NCBI RefSeq assembly: GCF_036321535.1
Contig: NC_087451.1
Span: 27,838,001-27,902,000 of the forward strand
From: Camelus dromedarius
Lineage: Eukaryota
DNA: 64,000 nucleotides
Direction: 5' to 3'
The notes under the pieces were generated by a model that did not search any database, was not told the DNA's origin, and was given only the letters and a program-made list of their open reading frames with translations. Made by a program: the position numbers and the translations under genes. Positions 39,544 to 50,028 of this stretch are shown one piece after another (position 1 is the stretch's first letter; every line of letters starts with the position of its first letter).

Positions 39544-39824
39544 GGCGACCCGGACCCCGATCCGACGCCGCGGCGGTCCCTGCTGCGAGCCGGCGCGCCC
39601 CCGACTTCCGCTTCCGCCTCCCCCTCGGGCGCGCGCCCGCGTACGTCTCCGGGCGGGTCCGTGTGCTGCTGGGCGCCAGTTGGGCCGCGCCTGCTGAGTT
39701 GATAAGAGCCATGAACCAATGAGAAGGCAGGAGGTGAGACCTATCCAATGAGAGCGGGGCTGAGGGCGGGCCTTGCGTCGTCGCGCCGCCTAGATACGGG
39801 TGTCGGGTGAAGCCGGGAGCGGTG
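39544..39824. promoter_or_regulatory. Bidirectional promoter HGS/ARL16
   Basis: 281 bp between the two ATGs. Tandem ACTTCCGCTTCCG (ETS/GABP) near 39604-39616, CCAAT at 39716-39720 and 39745-39749, GC box near 39764-39770. Confidence 0.85.
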
Positions 39825-41650
39825 ATGTGTCTCCTGCTCGGGGCCACGGGTGTCGGCAAGACGCTGTTGGTGAAACGCCTGCAGACTATCCTTCCGCGCC
39901 AGGCGGGCGGGATAGGGGCTGGGGGACTCCGGGGGTACGGGGGCGCTGGTGGTGAGCGGGGCAGGGGCCTCCCGGGGCTGGAAGCGTCGGGGCCACGGTC
40001 CACCTGGGGCGGGGGACGCCCGGGGCAGGGTCGGGCCAGCGCTCCCTCCTCTGCCCGCCTCGGAGTCCTTGACCGCCTCGCACAGCTGAGCTCCCGGGAT
40101 GGGAAGGGCGACCTGGGCGATCCTCCCCCGACGCGGCCCACGGTAGGTGCCCGCCCTTCTGCAGCTTTGGGAGAAGTGAGTCCCCCTATGCGGTTAGGAA
40201 AGCGCTTTGGGTTCTTTTAAGTGGAAGCTGGAGTCCGGCGGTCGGTGTGTTCAGCACAGCCCTTGGGAGGTGGTGGATGTCACCGCAGGGAGTTTGGCTC
40301 CGACGGGACAGAGTCGCGGGGGATCCGGAGCCGCCCGCCTTTCACCACCGTTCAGACTGCTTTTGCTGCTGGCCGCAGAGGGCGAATCCCGGTCGTGGGG
40401 TCCTGGACTTATGGGAGCATCTTTAGGTCTCCTCTGTCACGGGTTCTGCCCTAGGGCCTGCGCACTCGAGATGGGGGTAACTCGCAGTGTAAAGGCTGGG
40501 CACGTTGCTATCCAGGAGTTCCCCGGGAAAGCGCTTGTGTTGGTCTCTCTGCAGCCTGGTTTCTTCCACAGGTGGGCACCAACCTTACGGACATCGTGGC
40601 CCAGAGCAAGATCACCATCCGGGAGCTGGGGGGTTGCATGGGTCCCATCTGGCCCAGTTACTATGGAAACTGTCGTTCTCTTCTAGTAAGTCGTTCTCTT
40701 TTGAACTTCCTTTGGGGAAGTATGTCCCCATTCCAGTATTTAATCCCCAATTTCTCTATTTTTGGGGTAGAGTTTGGGTTCCTGGGTGACTGTGCTAGTC
40801 AAGGAAACAGGGCCCAGGCTAGAGCTGCTTCCTTCTGGGGCTGCAGCCTGATCCTGCTCCCAAGCCAACATAAAAGCTCCAGGACGGCTTGTTGAGGGCA
40901 GTGTTTATTCTCTGTAGGTACCTGTGATGTCCACTCACTGCCTTGCTGCGCTGATTGTGTTTTTTCATTTTATGTTTGAATTGTATATTCCCCTGGTTCG
41001 TCCCATTCTGGCAAGACCTGTGCCCTAGATTCCAGGAGAAGTAACCTTCCTTGGAGAAGTAACGGCCCCACGAGTGAGAGACTTCCGTGGAGGTGCAAAC
41101 AAACAAGCAACGCCATCCTCCTGCAGGGGTCGCTCCCCTCTGCTCCTGCCTGTCCCCAGCCAGGCCTGTGATTCCAGGAGAGGAGAGCCTGCTGCAGGAG
41201 CCTAATCTCCACTTCCTCTTTCCCAGTTCATGATGGACGCCTCCAACCCCACACAGCTGTCTGCCTCCTGCGTGCAGCTCCTGGGTCTCCTTTCAGCAGA
41301 AGAGCTTGCAGAAGCATCAGTTCTGATACTGTTCAATAAAATGTGCATGTCCATGAGCCGAGAGGGGTGCAGGGTGCCCCAGGGCGGAGCTCCCGTGGGG
41401 CAGCTGGGAGGGTGGCTTGTGGGGGGTTGGGGTGGGCTCCTGGCAGCCCACCCTGACCGGGCGCTTCTCTCACTCCAGTGACCTGCCCTGTTACATGACC
41501 ACGGAGGAGATGAAGTCGTTGATCAGGCTCCCAGACCTCGTTGCTTGTGCCAAGCAGAGTATCACCACGGTGGAAATCAGCGCCCGGAATGGCACTGGCT
41601 TGTCGGAAGTGCTGCGTTGGCTCCAGGACACCCACAGAGCTAACGGTTGA
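39825..41650 (+). CDS. ARL16: ADP-ribosylation factor-like GTPase 16, 173 aa, 5 exons
   Basis: Exons 39825-39885, 40084-40142, 40572-40685, 41227-41342, 41479-41650. Total 522 nt. MCLLLGATGVGKTLLVKRLQKLSSRDGKG...PTVGTN...ILFNKIDLP...EISARNGTG. Intron 1 is U12-type. Confidence 0.95.
39886..40083 (+). other. ARL16: U12-type (minor spliceosome) intron with CT-AC termini
   Basis: 5' end CTATCCTTCC (consensus RTATCCTTT), branch point TCCTTGAC at 40066-40073, terminal AC at 40082-40083. Removing it restores LQKLSS. Confidence 0.85.
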
Positions 41651-42047
41651 CTTCAGGGCGGAGGAGCATGGCTGGCCTGCTCTATGGCAAGAAGGCAGAG
41701 GCGGCACTGCCTGGCTTCTGCGGTCTCTTGCTTCCATAAGGGCAGGATGGCCCAGTGTGAGCCCCAGGAGATGTGCTGAGTGCACGCAGGTCACAGAGCC
41801 TGCTGACTGTCCTCTGGCTCCTGCACTCAGAGAGGAGGACAGGCCTGCCCAGTGGCTTGTGTCCTGCTGCTATCCTGGGGCGGTTCTACTGGGGTCTGTC
41901 CCCCTCTCCCTAGGGGATCTGCTCTGTCTACTGCCGTACAAGTTCCAGCCTGTTGGGTTTCAGATACACCGACAGTGGGATCCCTGCAGACAACAGGAGG
42001 TACACGAATCAAGTGTTATAGCAAGAACTAAGCTTTGAGCTGGAAGC

Positions 42048-42053
42048 AGTAAA
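42048..42053 (+). terminator. Candidate variant poly(A) signal AGTAAA of ARL16
   Basis: About 400 nt past the stop. No canonical hexamer seen earlier in the 3'UTR. Confidence 0.35.
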
Positions 42054-42243
42054 TGTTCATTACCCAGAGGAGCCTGGAGGGCACAGGGTTCCCACAGGTA
42101 GTCCATGGTGGGGAAGCCGTGGTGGAAGGTACCGACCAGCTCGTGGCCAGGCCCTTGGGCCGCAGTTCCCCAGGATTCCACTGTGTCCTTTTGTCTCAGC
42201 CGAGGCCGCTTGCAGCAAAACACCCAGTTATCGATGCATTTGT

Positions 42244-42625
42244 GTCCTAGGCCCTGTAACGGATTAGCACAAACTGTGGCTGTAGCTGCATAAACTTAGG
42301 GTCACAGTGCTGGCCTGAAATGCAGGTATCAGCAGGCTTGGTTCCTGTGGGGGGCTCCGTGAGAGAATCCGTTCCTTGTCTCTTCTGGCTTCAGTGGCTG
42401 CTGGTGATGCTTGGTGTCTTTGGCTGGTGGCTTGCAGGACTTGAATCTTTGCCTCTGTCTTCACATGGTCATCTCTCTTCTTATGAGGATGCCTGTCATT
42501 GGATTTGGGGCCCAGAGTGATCTCATCTCAGGATCCGTAATTATACATGTAAAGACCCTTTTCTCACATTTGAGTCTTCCGGGGGTTATGACTTGGATAT
42601 ACCTTTTCAAGCCATTGTTCAACAT
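42244..42625 (-). mobile_element. MaLR LTR (MLT1C/D-like)
   Basis: gagaatccgttcct...gcctctgtcttcacatggtc...gtcattggatttggggccc...tgatctcatctc...aagacccttttc...ttccgggggttatgacttgga. Confidence 0.8.
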
Positions 42626-44949
42626 GCTGTGATCCTGTAAGATACCCTCTGCTTCTGAGTGTGGTTGTGAGTTGTGTACAACAGCCTCTCCACCTCAGCT
42701 GGCAGGCTGGCTCGGTGGGCTGTGAAGAACTCAGGGCTCTGCTGTCTCACACCCTCTGTGCAGACCCCCAGCCCTGGCCCTCATCCTCCTCATGGCTTCC
42801 AGCTGGCCCCTTTGCAGGGGGAGCTCTGTTCCTGCAGAGGTTGTAAATGGTGCCCAAGCAAGCCCTACACATGCTGCAGGGTGACATGGGCTCAAGTCTC
42901 TTCCTCCCCAGCTGAAGTGGAAGGCCTCCCGGTTGGGAAGGTTCCCGATTGCCTGTTGGCTGTCCACGGCCCATGCCGCCGCCTCAGGCTCACTGTGCAA
43001 ATCGCCCGTCCTGCTCCGCGGTCCCGCGTGCCACCAAGCAGCTGTGGGTGCCAGCGGTCTCCCTCCTGAGATTGATCCATGGAGACTTCGGGGGATGCAC
43101 GGTGACTGGCTGCCAGACATCCCCAATTCCAGGGCTCCAAGCAGAGCCTGGGCAAGACCTTAAAGTGTTCCAAGAACGCCCTCAGCTGTGGCTGAGCCTC
43201 CCAGACACAGTCAACGCCAGCGGGAGCCCGGGACCAGCTCTGGGAGCACCAGCCCCTGACCCGTACCACCATGTTGACCAGTGCCAGGGCCGGGCTCCAG
43301 TTAACCTTCTGTTTCAGTGTGGGTGTGTTTTAAAGCAGGATTCTCTGAAATGAGGCTGGTGCAGGTGGCACTGCTGAGGAGCTAATGCCGAACCCTGGGG
43401 GGCCTCAGGGGGCCTCCGGAAAGCGCGCGTGGCTCTCACCAACCCCACGCGGCCGCAGGGCCCCAGCACCGCAGGTCTCTAGGACCACCCCTGCGGCTGT
43501 GCCGTGGCCTCACCCCCTCCTGACTGCAGGGCGGGATGTCCAGGCCCAGAGGGGACAGACGGGGACACCTCACGCCGTCTGGGCTCCCGTTCCCCTAGTC
43601 ACCGTGAGAGGCAGCCCTCGGTCGCAGTAAACGTCCTCTGAGGGCCTGTCTGGGCGCAGCCATCCTGAAGGACCCAACAAGCGGGTTTCCCACGATCTGG
43701 GGGCGAGGACGGCTGGCTGAGCGGGAGCCCGGGGCGTGGGGCTGCACGGCGAGGCCGGAGTGGTGATCGGAGCCCTGGCGGGGACGCCCCATACCTGGCC
43801 TGGTGGGAGTGCTGGCCGCCGGAATGTCTGTTCCCTGGGCTCTGAGCCCACAGTTCTCACTGTCGTCGTGTTGCAGGGCTGGTCATTCTCCCTGCAGGAC
43901 CTGCCACCTGCACACACCCCACACTCTGCCCCGGTGGCAGGTGACCTTCTGAATGCTGGGGTCCCACTAGGCCTCCACCTCACCTCCCAAGGTTGGCCAC
44001 CAGAGGGGCCCACCCAGACTCAGTGTCCTTGTTCATAGGATCACCTGAACGGCTCGTTACCGCAGGGGCTGGGCAGGCCCGGAACTGCTGGCTCCTGGAC
44101 TCTGGCTGCCCTGAGCCCTCCTTCCTTCTGCCAAGCCTTCTGCAGGCCTTGCTTCCCACCGACTTCCCTCCCAGCCAGCCCACCAGGTTGTCCCCATGCC
44201 CACTCTGTTCAGCAGCAGGTGGCGAGCCCCGGGGCAGCCAGGGCTTTGGTTCCCACCAAGCTTTGCTTCAGACTAACGGGCCACACAGATGACACGCAAA
44301 CCCCACCTCCCACGCCCCGCACCAAGGCTCCTGGGGGCTGTGCCCGGTGCCCAGGAAGCGGCCAAGACAGCTCAGGGGGACACCAAGGATGGGGAGGGGC
44401 GGGCCTGGGAGACAGCTCCAAGGGGCCCCCCCAGTGATGGGAGTGCCCGCAGGACCGCCCCCACCTGCGCCTCAGCATCCCTGGGTTTTCAAGCGGATTC
44501 CAGCAGAGTGACACCTGAGAATGACGCGGTGGTCAGAGCGGTTTCCTACCAAGAAAGAAGGGTGTCTCATCTCGGGGAGAGGGCTGCCTTCCCTCCGGCC
44601 CCGAGGCTGACACACAGGTCAGGCCACCTTGAGAGACAACCTCATATAGGAAGTAGCAGGCTCCCAACTTATTGGCACACCTTGTAGACTGGTGTGTCCA
44701 GTAGGGCGGACGTCCCTGCCCCTGCTGTTGGGGTGCTCTGCTGTTGTTGGGCTTCTGTCTTGGCTCTGGGCCTAGAGAGTGCCAGGATCTAAACAAAGAA
44801 GGAGCAGCAGAGACGTGGCTCCAGGAGGCAGGGGCTCTGTCATCCCCGACGCACACCCCCCCCAAGACACTGGGGCAGGTACTTCCTCCAGTGGGAGGGG
44901 AGCAGCACCTGGGACACTTGCCCACACAGCCCACCCTGGACCCCGAGTT

Positions 44950-47200
44950 CCACGTGGGTGCCACAGGGCCCGTGAGGTCAGCACTCACATCTCCAAGTAC
45001 GGAGTTCCCAGACTGGTTTGGGGGTGCAGTAGGGGCCTCCCAGGTGTCAGCGAAGACTGCCTCCTGCTGGCCCTAGACGCCAAGCAGGCATGGAGCACAG
45101 TTTTCCATAGCAGGGGTGGCCAGAGCAGGAATCCAGACCAGAGGTACACAGCAGAGAACCTGTGTCCAGAGGGCCAGCCAAGGCCGAGAGGAGGGGGCTG
45201 CGCCAGCACCCATGGTGAGACAGACCTCCGGGGAGCAGAGATGACTGTCGAGCCACCACTTCACCCAAGACATGAGGTTGGTTACAGGCAGTCCAGCACA
45301 TTCTTAAGTGGAGGGTCAGGCTTTGTGCCTCTGCTCTGCCATCTCCTGATGGAAACTGAACTGGGTGCAGGTGCCGGTGGGCAGCCCTTCTCTGTGGCCT
45401 GCCTGAGGCCCTGGATGCCACCGGGTGTGGCTTCACTTAGAGATGCCCAGATGCTTAAAAGTATACGAAACATAAATGCTTATGACGTGTAGATAGGTCC
45501 TCTTATTTATATAAAACGTTTACATAAAATCTGTATATATTACTCACATAAAATAGAAGTATGTAACAGTATGTTAAAGATAATTCACTTGGTTGTTAAA
45601 AATGAGTGAAAGAAAAATCGAGTTTTAGCGGGGAGGGTGTAGCTCAAGTGGTAGAGCACATGCCTAGAATGTCTGAGGCCCTGGGTTCAATCCCCAGTAC
45701 TGCCACTGCAAAATCAAATAAGTAAACCTAATTACCTCCCCCCTGCAAAAAAAAAAAATCGAGTTTTTAAATATCAGTGATTTGAGACAGTTTAATGAAC
45801 TGTCTACAGGGCCCTGTCCAAGTGACAGCAGAACCCAGCATCACCTCGTGCAGATCCAGGCAGCCCCGGGCGAAGAGGCTCCGCCTGCAGTCCCTGGCCG
45901 GCGTGGGCTGCTGTAAACCACGTCCACTGCCATCTGTGCATGGGACAGCTCTGAGCACCGCTGTCCCCGTTAGAGCGTTTCTCTGACACCGTCCCAGACA
46001 CTGTAGCCTTCTCGGCGTTGAAGATCGTTTCACAGCCTTCAGCCATCGGGGCGGCGTTAACTTGGGTCAGGGAGCAAGGCAGCAGACACCCCCCGAGTGG
46101 AAGCTCCCTCATCCAAGGTCCCAGCAGCCCTCGTGGCAGGTGCTCACGGGCTCTTGCCATGAGCCCCAGTCCAGACTCCGCCCAGGGCCAGCACCCCAGC
46201 TCCTACTGAGCCAGCCTCACTGGTCCCCACTTAGCATGTCCTGAAGGGCAGAGCTACACGCCCTGTTTTACAAGACCAGGTGTGGGAACGTCCCCCAGCC
46301 AGTCAGGTACAAGCTTCACCTTGGTTGATTGACTTAACTGTCACCCCAAGCGGCTGCTGGTTGGGTTTCTCAGTGCAGTCTCTGCCTTCTGGCCTTTAAA
46401 TTTCTCCAAAATGGGGTAAACGGAGTGGACTTGTTTGGGGCCCTTTAATGTTGGGGGCCAGCAGAAGGCCCCTTTGGCTGCCCAGCCTAGGCAGCACTCT
46501 ATAAGAAGCTTCGCTTTAACCCTGTCAATGTCTGTTGTATTCATCACGTTTCTTAACAACCGCCCAAACATTTCCACCCTGCCCCGAGTCCCGTGCCCTC
46601 CCGCCCCCTCTCCGTGCTTTGTCCGTCTCATGTCTCAACAGCCCTGTAAAGTTTTCCACTGTGTTGAGACAAGTCCCTGGACTCTCCCCTGGGCCTCTCC
46701 ATCCTCCTGTTCATTAATGCCCTGTTTTTATTAGCATCTGTGAGACCCAGGAGGGGAAGCTGAGACAGCAAATTCCTTAAGGCTTCCCAAACTGTTCTTC
46801 CATTTTGCAACAAAAAGGGGCTGACCATGTGAAAGGAGCCCCTTAAACACAGCATTGACACTGTGACCCAGGTAACAGGCATGTCTGGTGGCTGAATATC
46901 CTGGGCATCACAAAGCCAGTCCCCTGGGCGGCACACAAGTCTGCCAACAGCTCCACCTGGGCCGTGGCAGGTGGCGCCCACAGGGGAGTGATGTTTGGAT
47001 ATGAAACACAAACATGTATGTCATTGTTTCTACTGATTTTTCTTTTATGGCCACTGACCTCCCCCCCATTAAAATCAGTTTTCCTAGGCCAAATGTTATA
47101 GGCTTTAAAAATTTCAAGAACATTTAATTTTTTGTTTTGTTGGCTCTTGAGGGTTTTATTTTCATTTCATTTTTTGTATTTCTTTTTTGGTTCTCAGGCA
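44950..47200 (-). mobile_element. Class III (ERVL-like) internal relic: gag-, pol- and integrase-like fragments
   Basis: gag-like VEMFGRLLRNVMNTTDIDRVKAKLL near 46500-46580. RT/RNaseH connection-like GLLGPWMRELP...SEKRSNGDSGAQS..HRWQW at 45820-46170. Integrase-like GHRFSAVYLWSGFLLWP near 45110-45170. Motif recognition is from memory. Confidence 0.5.
45630..45758 (+). mobile_element. Full-length camelid SINE (vic-1-like) with target-site duplication
   Basis: Intact A and B boxes, CCTAATTACCTCCCCCC tail, poly(A). TSD aaaaatcgagtttt at 45613-45626 and 45754-45767. Confidence 0.93.
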
Positions 47201-47209
47201 AGATTTTGT

Positions 47210-47953
47210 ACTTTCCAGGATTCCCCACAGGACAGGATGCCCCCCGTGGCCTGGGGTTGGCTGTTTCTGGCGGCACCCCGCCCCCCTGCGTTGGGTAAAT
47301 GCTGACAGCATGTAACGTCGCTGATGACCCATGAGAAGTCGGGGACAGCTTTCATCGTCAGGGAGACCTGTTCCGCCCAGTGCCCCATGGGGTCAGGTGT
47401 TACCTGTGCTGAAAAACCAGCCACAAATCAGCTTCCCCCGACCCCTCCTCAGGTCAAATGTACTTGCTAGAGCAGCCCACAGAACTCAGGGAGGCGTGTT
47501 CCTTACTAGATCCCTGGTTTATTACAGAGCACGACTCAGCCAGGTGGAAGGATACACAGGGCAACACACAGCAACAGGGCAGAGCCCCAGGCCCTCTCCA
47601 GTGCACTCCTCTCCCCAGACCTCCATGTCCGCCAACCCGGAGCTCTCCAAACCCTGTCCTTTAGGGTCTTACGATTGAGTAAACCACTAATCCGACCTCC
47701 AGGCCCTCTCCCCTCCCTGGAGGCTGGGTGGTGGGGAGAAGCTGGGACTGGAAAGTTCAGACCCTCTAATCACCTGGTTGGTCCTCCTGGCAGCCAGCCC
47801 CCATCCTTAGGTGGAGTCCAAAAGCAACCCATTCACCCAGCAAGAGACACCTTTGTTGCTCCCATCACAGAAAATTCCAGGGGTTTTAGGAGCTCTAGGC
47901 CAGAAATGGGGATGAAAACCAAATATATACCTACTATACATCACAATATCACA
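47210..47953 (-). mobile_element. MER21C-like LTR
   Basis: cacagaactcaggga...ggaagctctcc-like...ccctctaatcacctggttggt...aattccaggggttttaggagctct...accaaatatat...cacaatatcaca. The minus strand starts TGTGATATTGTG. Confidence 0.8.
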
Positions 47954-49718
47954 GGCCAACTCGACTGTTTTTCAGAATTCTGGTCTCCCAGTGGATGTGG
48001 AACCCACCGGGGCAGCCTTCAACTCCACGTTCATTAACAAGGATCAGAACAGAACGGAAAACTAGGCGCACTCCAGACTTAGCTATTCTGGCACACCAAT
48101 TAGCCTGCACTCCAGATGATTCCAAGAAAATACCCAGCTTCCCCAGAGTCCCCTCAGCAGTTCTCCCAGCCTGTCACTGCTGTACGAGGCCAGCACACTG
48201 GGAGAAAGACTGCTAGAACCCAGGACGCTGCAGGCACCTTCAGTCACCCAATGTCCTCCCACCTCCCAGGGCCGGGACTCCAAGGAATGAGGAGCTTTTC
48301 CAAGCTCCCCTCTTCATTGGCGCTGAGAAACAACCCTCCAGACTGGGGATGAATTTCTCTCCGTCTCTGTAGGTCCTGATGCCACTCTCGGGGCTCAGCC
48401 CCACTACTATACAACGGCCCTGCCTCGGGGCACAGAGACGATGCCAGCAGCTGGATCTCCAACCAAGCTCGGCAAGCCACGGACAAAGAGCCTGGATCGG
48501 CGATGCTCGGTGCCCTTCCCACAGGGCGAACAGGCCACGCCCTCCTGCCCAGACTGCGGGGGACATGAGGGGCAGGTGGACACGCTGCTGCTGTGAATTT
48601 CAGCACCAGTGTGCAGACGTCCGTGCTGCTTTCCCAAGTAATGGATTCTCAGCAGATGACATCAGATAAACATTATGCAGCATTGTTGGATCCAGGGTTG
48701 GTGTCATGTTTCCAAAATACAATCCAGAAAAACAGTCCACACTGCTCCCTCCCAGGCACTCCAAATTGCCCGGTGGGCCATTTGAGGTTTGGCAAGTGGG
48801 TTTCACAGAGCTGCCCACCATCCCGTGGGTATAAGCATGTCTTGGCAATGGTTGGCGTGTTTTCTCACTGAACGCTTTTCCATCTGAAGCTTTTCCAGAG
48901 ACAGGCCACTGCCGCCTCCGTGGCTAAGATCCCACGGGAAAGGAACACTCCCTGAGCTTCAGAGCTGTCAGGAAACGCACTGTATCGGTCAAGTGTTTCA
49001 AGTCTATGTCGTTTGGCCAGTTCTCATCAAAACCCAGCTGGCCTTTCCCGCTTGGGTCAGAGTAAGCGCCAATGAGCACATCAGAAATCTCCCCCTAGCG
49101 TCAGGGAGCCGGCTGGCTCTGCAGCCAACAACCTGCACCGACTCACTGGCTGACGCAGTTTCAGACACCCACGCAGCCCGACTTCCTGCCTGCCGAACAA
49201 GGGGGCATTTGCGCGATCGCAAACACCACCCGGACAAACACCTTTGGAGAAGCAGAAACCCAGTTACACAAGATGACTCTCCCTGGTCCCGTGATTCGTC
49301 CAGCTGGCTACCTTCAGGTCCAGCGCCACGGTTTGGAACCATCACACAAATTGGGTGTCCTATTACTTTTCATTCTGCTTTGCCCAGTTATTTTAAAATT
49401 TGTACCTGTTGCTTCTCAACCCCCTGCAGAAAGGACACGCTGAAGAGAGTGCCGGCTCGATGCCCTCAGATGGCTGCTGATGCCTGGACCTTCACAAGGC
49501 AGGACTTTCAGAGTGAAAGTTGCTGAAAGCCCCCTTTCTGCCTTCCTTGTTACTCAAACGTGGCTTCATGTGGCTTCCAATCACCATGCGCTTCCCTCTG
49601 ACGTGGGACATGCCATCCAGGAAAGGTCCTTCCTGGCTGGCGCTGAGGGACGAAACTCAATTCTACTAAAACTGATCAGGGATGCTCTCCAAGAAATATC
49701 TTGATCCAAGGGGAGCAA
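47954..49718 (+). mobile_element. Class I (ERV1, MER4/HEPSI-like) internal relic with gag NC, integrase and env TM remnants
   Basis: CX2CX4HX4C knuckle CHCCTRPAHWEKDC at 48172-48213. Integrase GPFEVWQVGFTELP / PPSRGYKHVLAMVGVFSH at 48775-48870 (frameshifted). Env TM AEQGGICAIANTT..TNTFGEAETQLHK at about 49190-49270. Confidence 0.8.
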
Positions 49719-50028
49719 TGTGGAAATGAACAAAGGAAAGTTAAATCAGAATGGGGTCGGGAAGCCTCGAAGGGAGGGCTCTGGCACCCCTCGCCACAGC
49801 TCACAGACCCAGCAGCAAAAAAGATTTCCTTCAAGCCAGCAACAAGCTGCCCGCTGACTGTAGCTGATGGAAAACCGCCACAGCCCTCCAACTTCCTCCA
49901 AAAACCTAATAAAGGCTGACCCTCCCTTTGTCTTCAACTTGCCAGTTTGCTTGTTCCAAACTGCAATTTCTCTCATTCCAAACAGACTCATTTTCGCTGA
50001 AGAGCTCATTTAATTTTTAAGGTCAACA
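49719..50028 (+). mobile_element. 3' LTR of the ERV1 relic
   Basis: Purine-rich PPT-like caaggggagcaa directly before TG at 49719. Ends in ttttaaggtcaaCA at 50028. Confidence 0.65.

Noticed and set aside
39748-39810. 20-aa ORF (MRAGLRAG...) resembling the start of the recalled human ARL16 N-terminal extension
   Set aside because: It is out of frame with the main ATG (77 nt upstream) and ends at TGA. Its ATG overlaps a CCAAT box, so it is probably upstream of the TSS.
39886-40083. Reading the CT-AC intron as a minus-strand GT-AG intron
   Set aside because: The minus strand has no polypyrimidine tract (ggaaggatAG) and a poor donor. The plus strand has a full U12 donor and branch point and restores the protein.
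45630-45705. tRNA-Ala-like sequence (also at 2281, 3975, 4667, 8189, 9781, 52961)
   Set aside because: Each has the SINE tail (CCTAATYACCTCCCC and/or poly(A)) and mismatched stems, and one has a TSD. These are SINEs, not tRNA genes.
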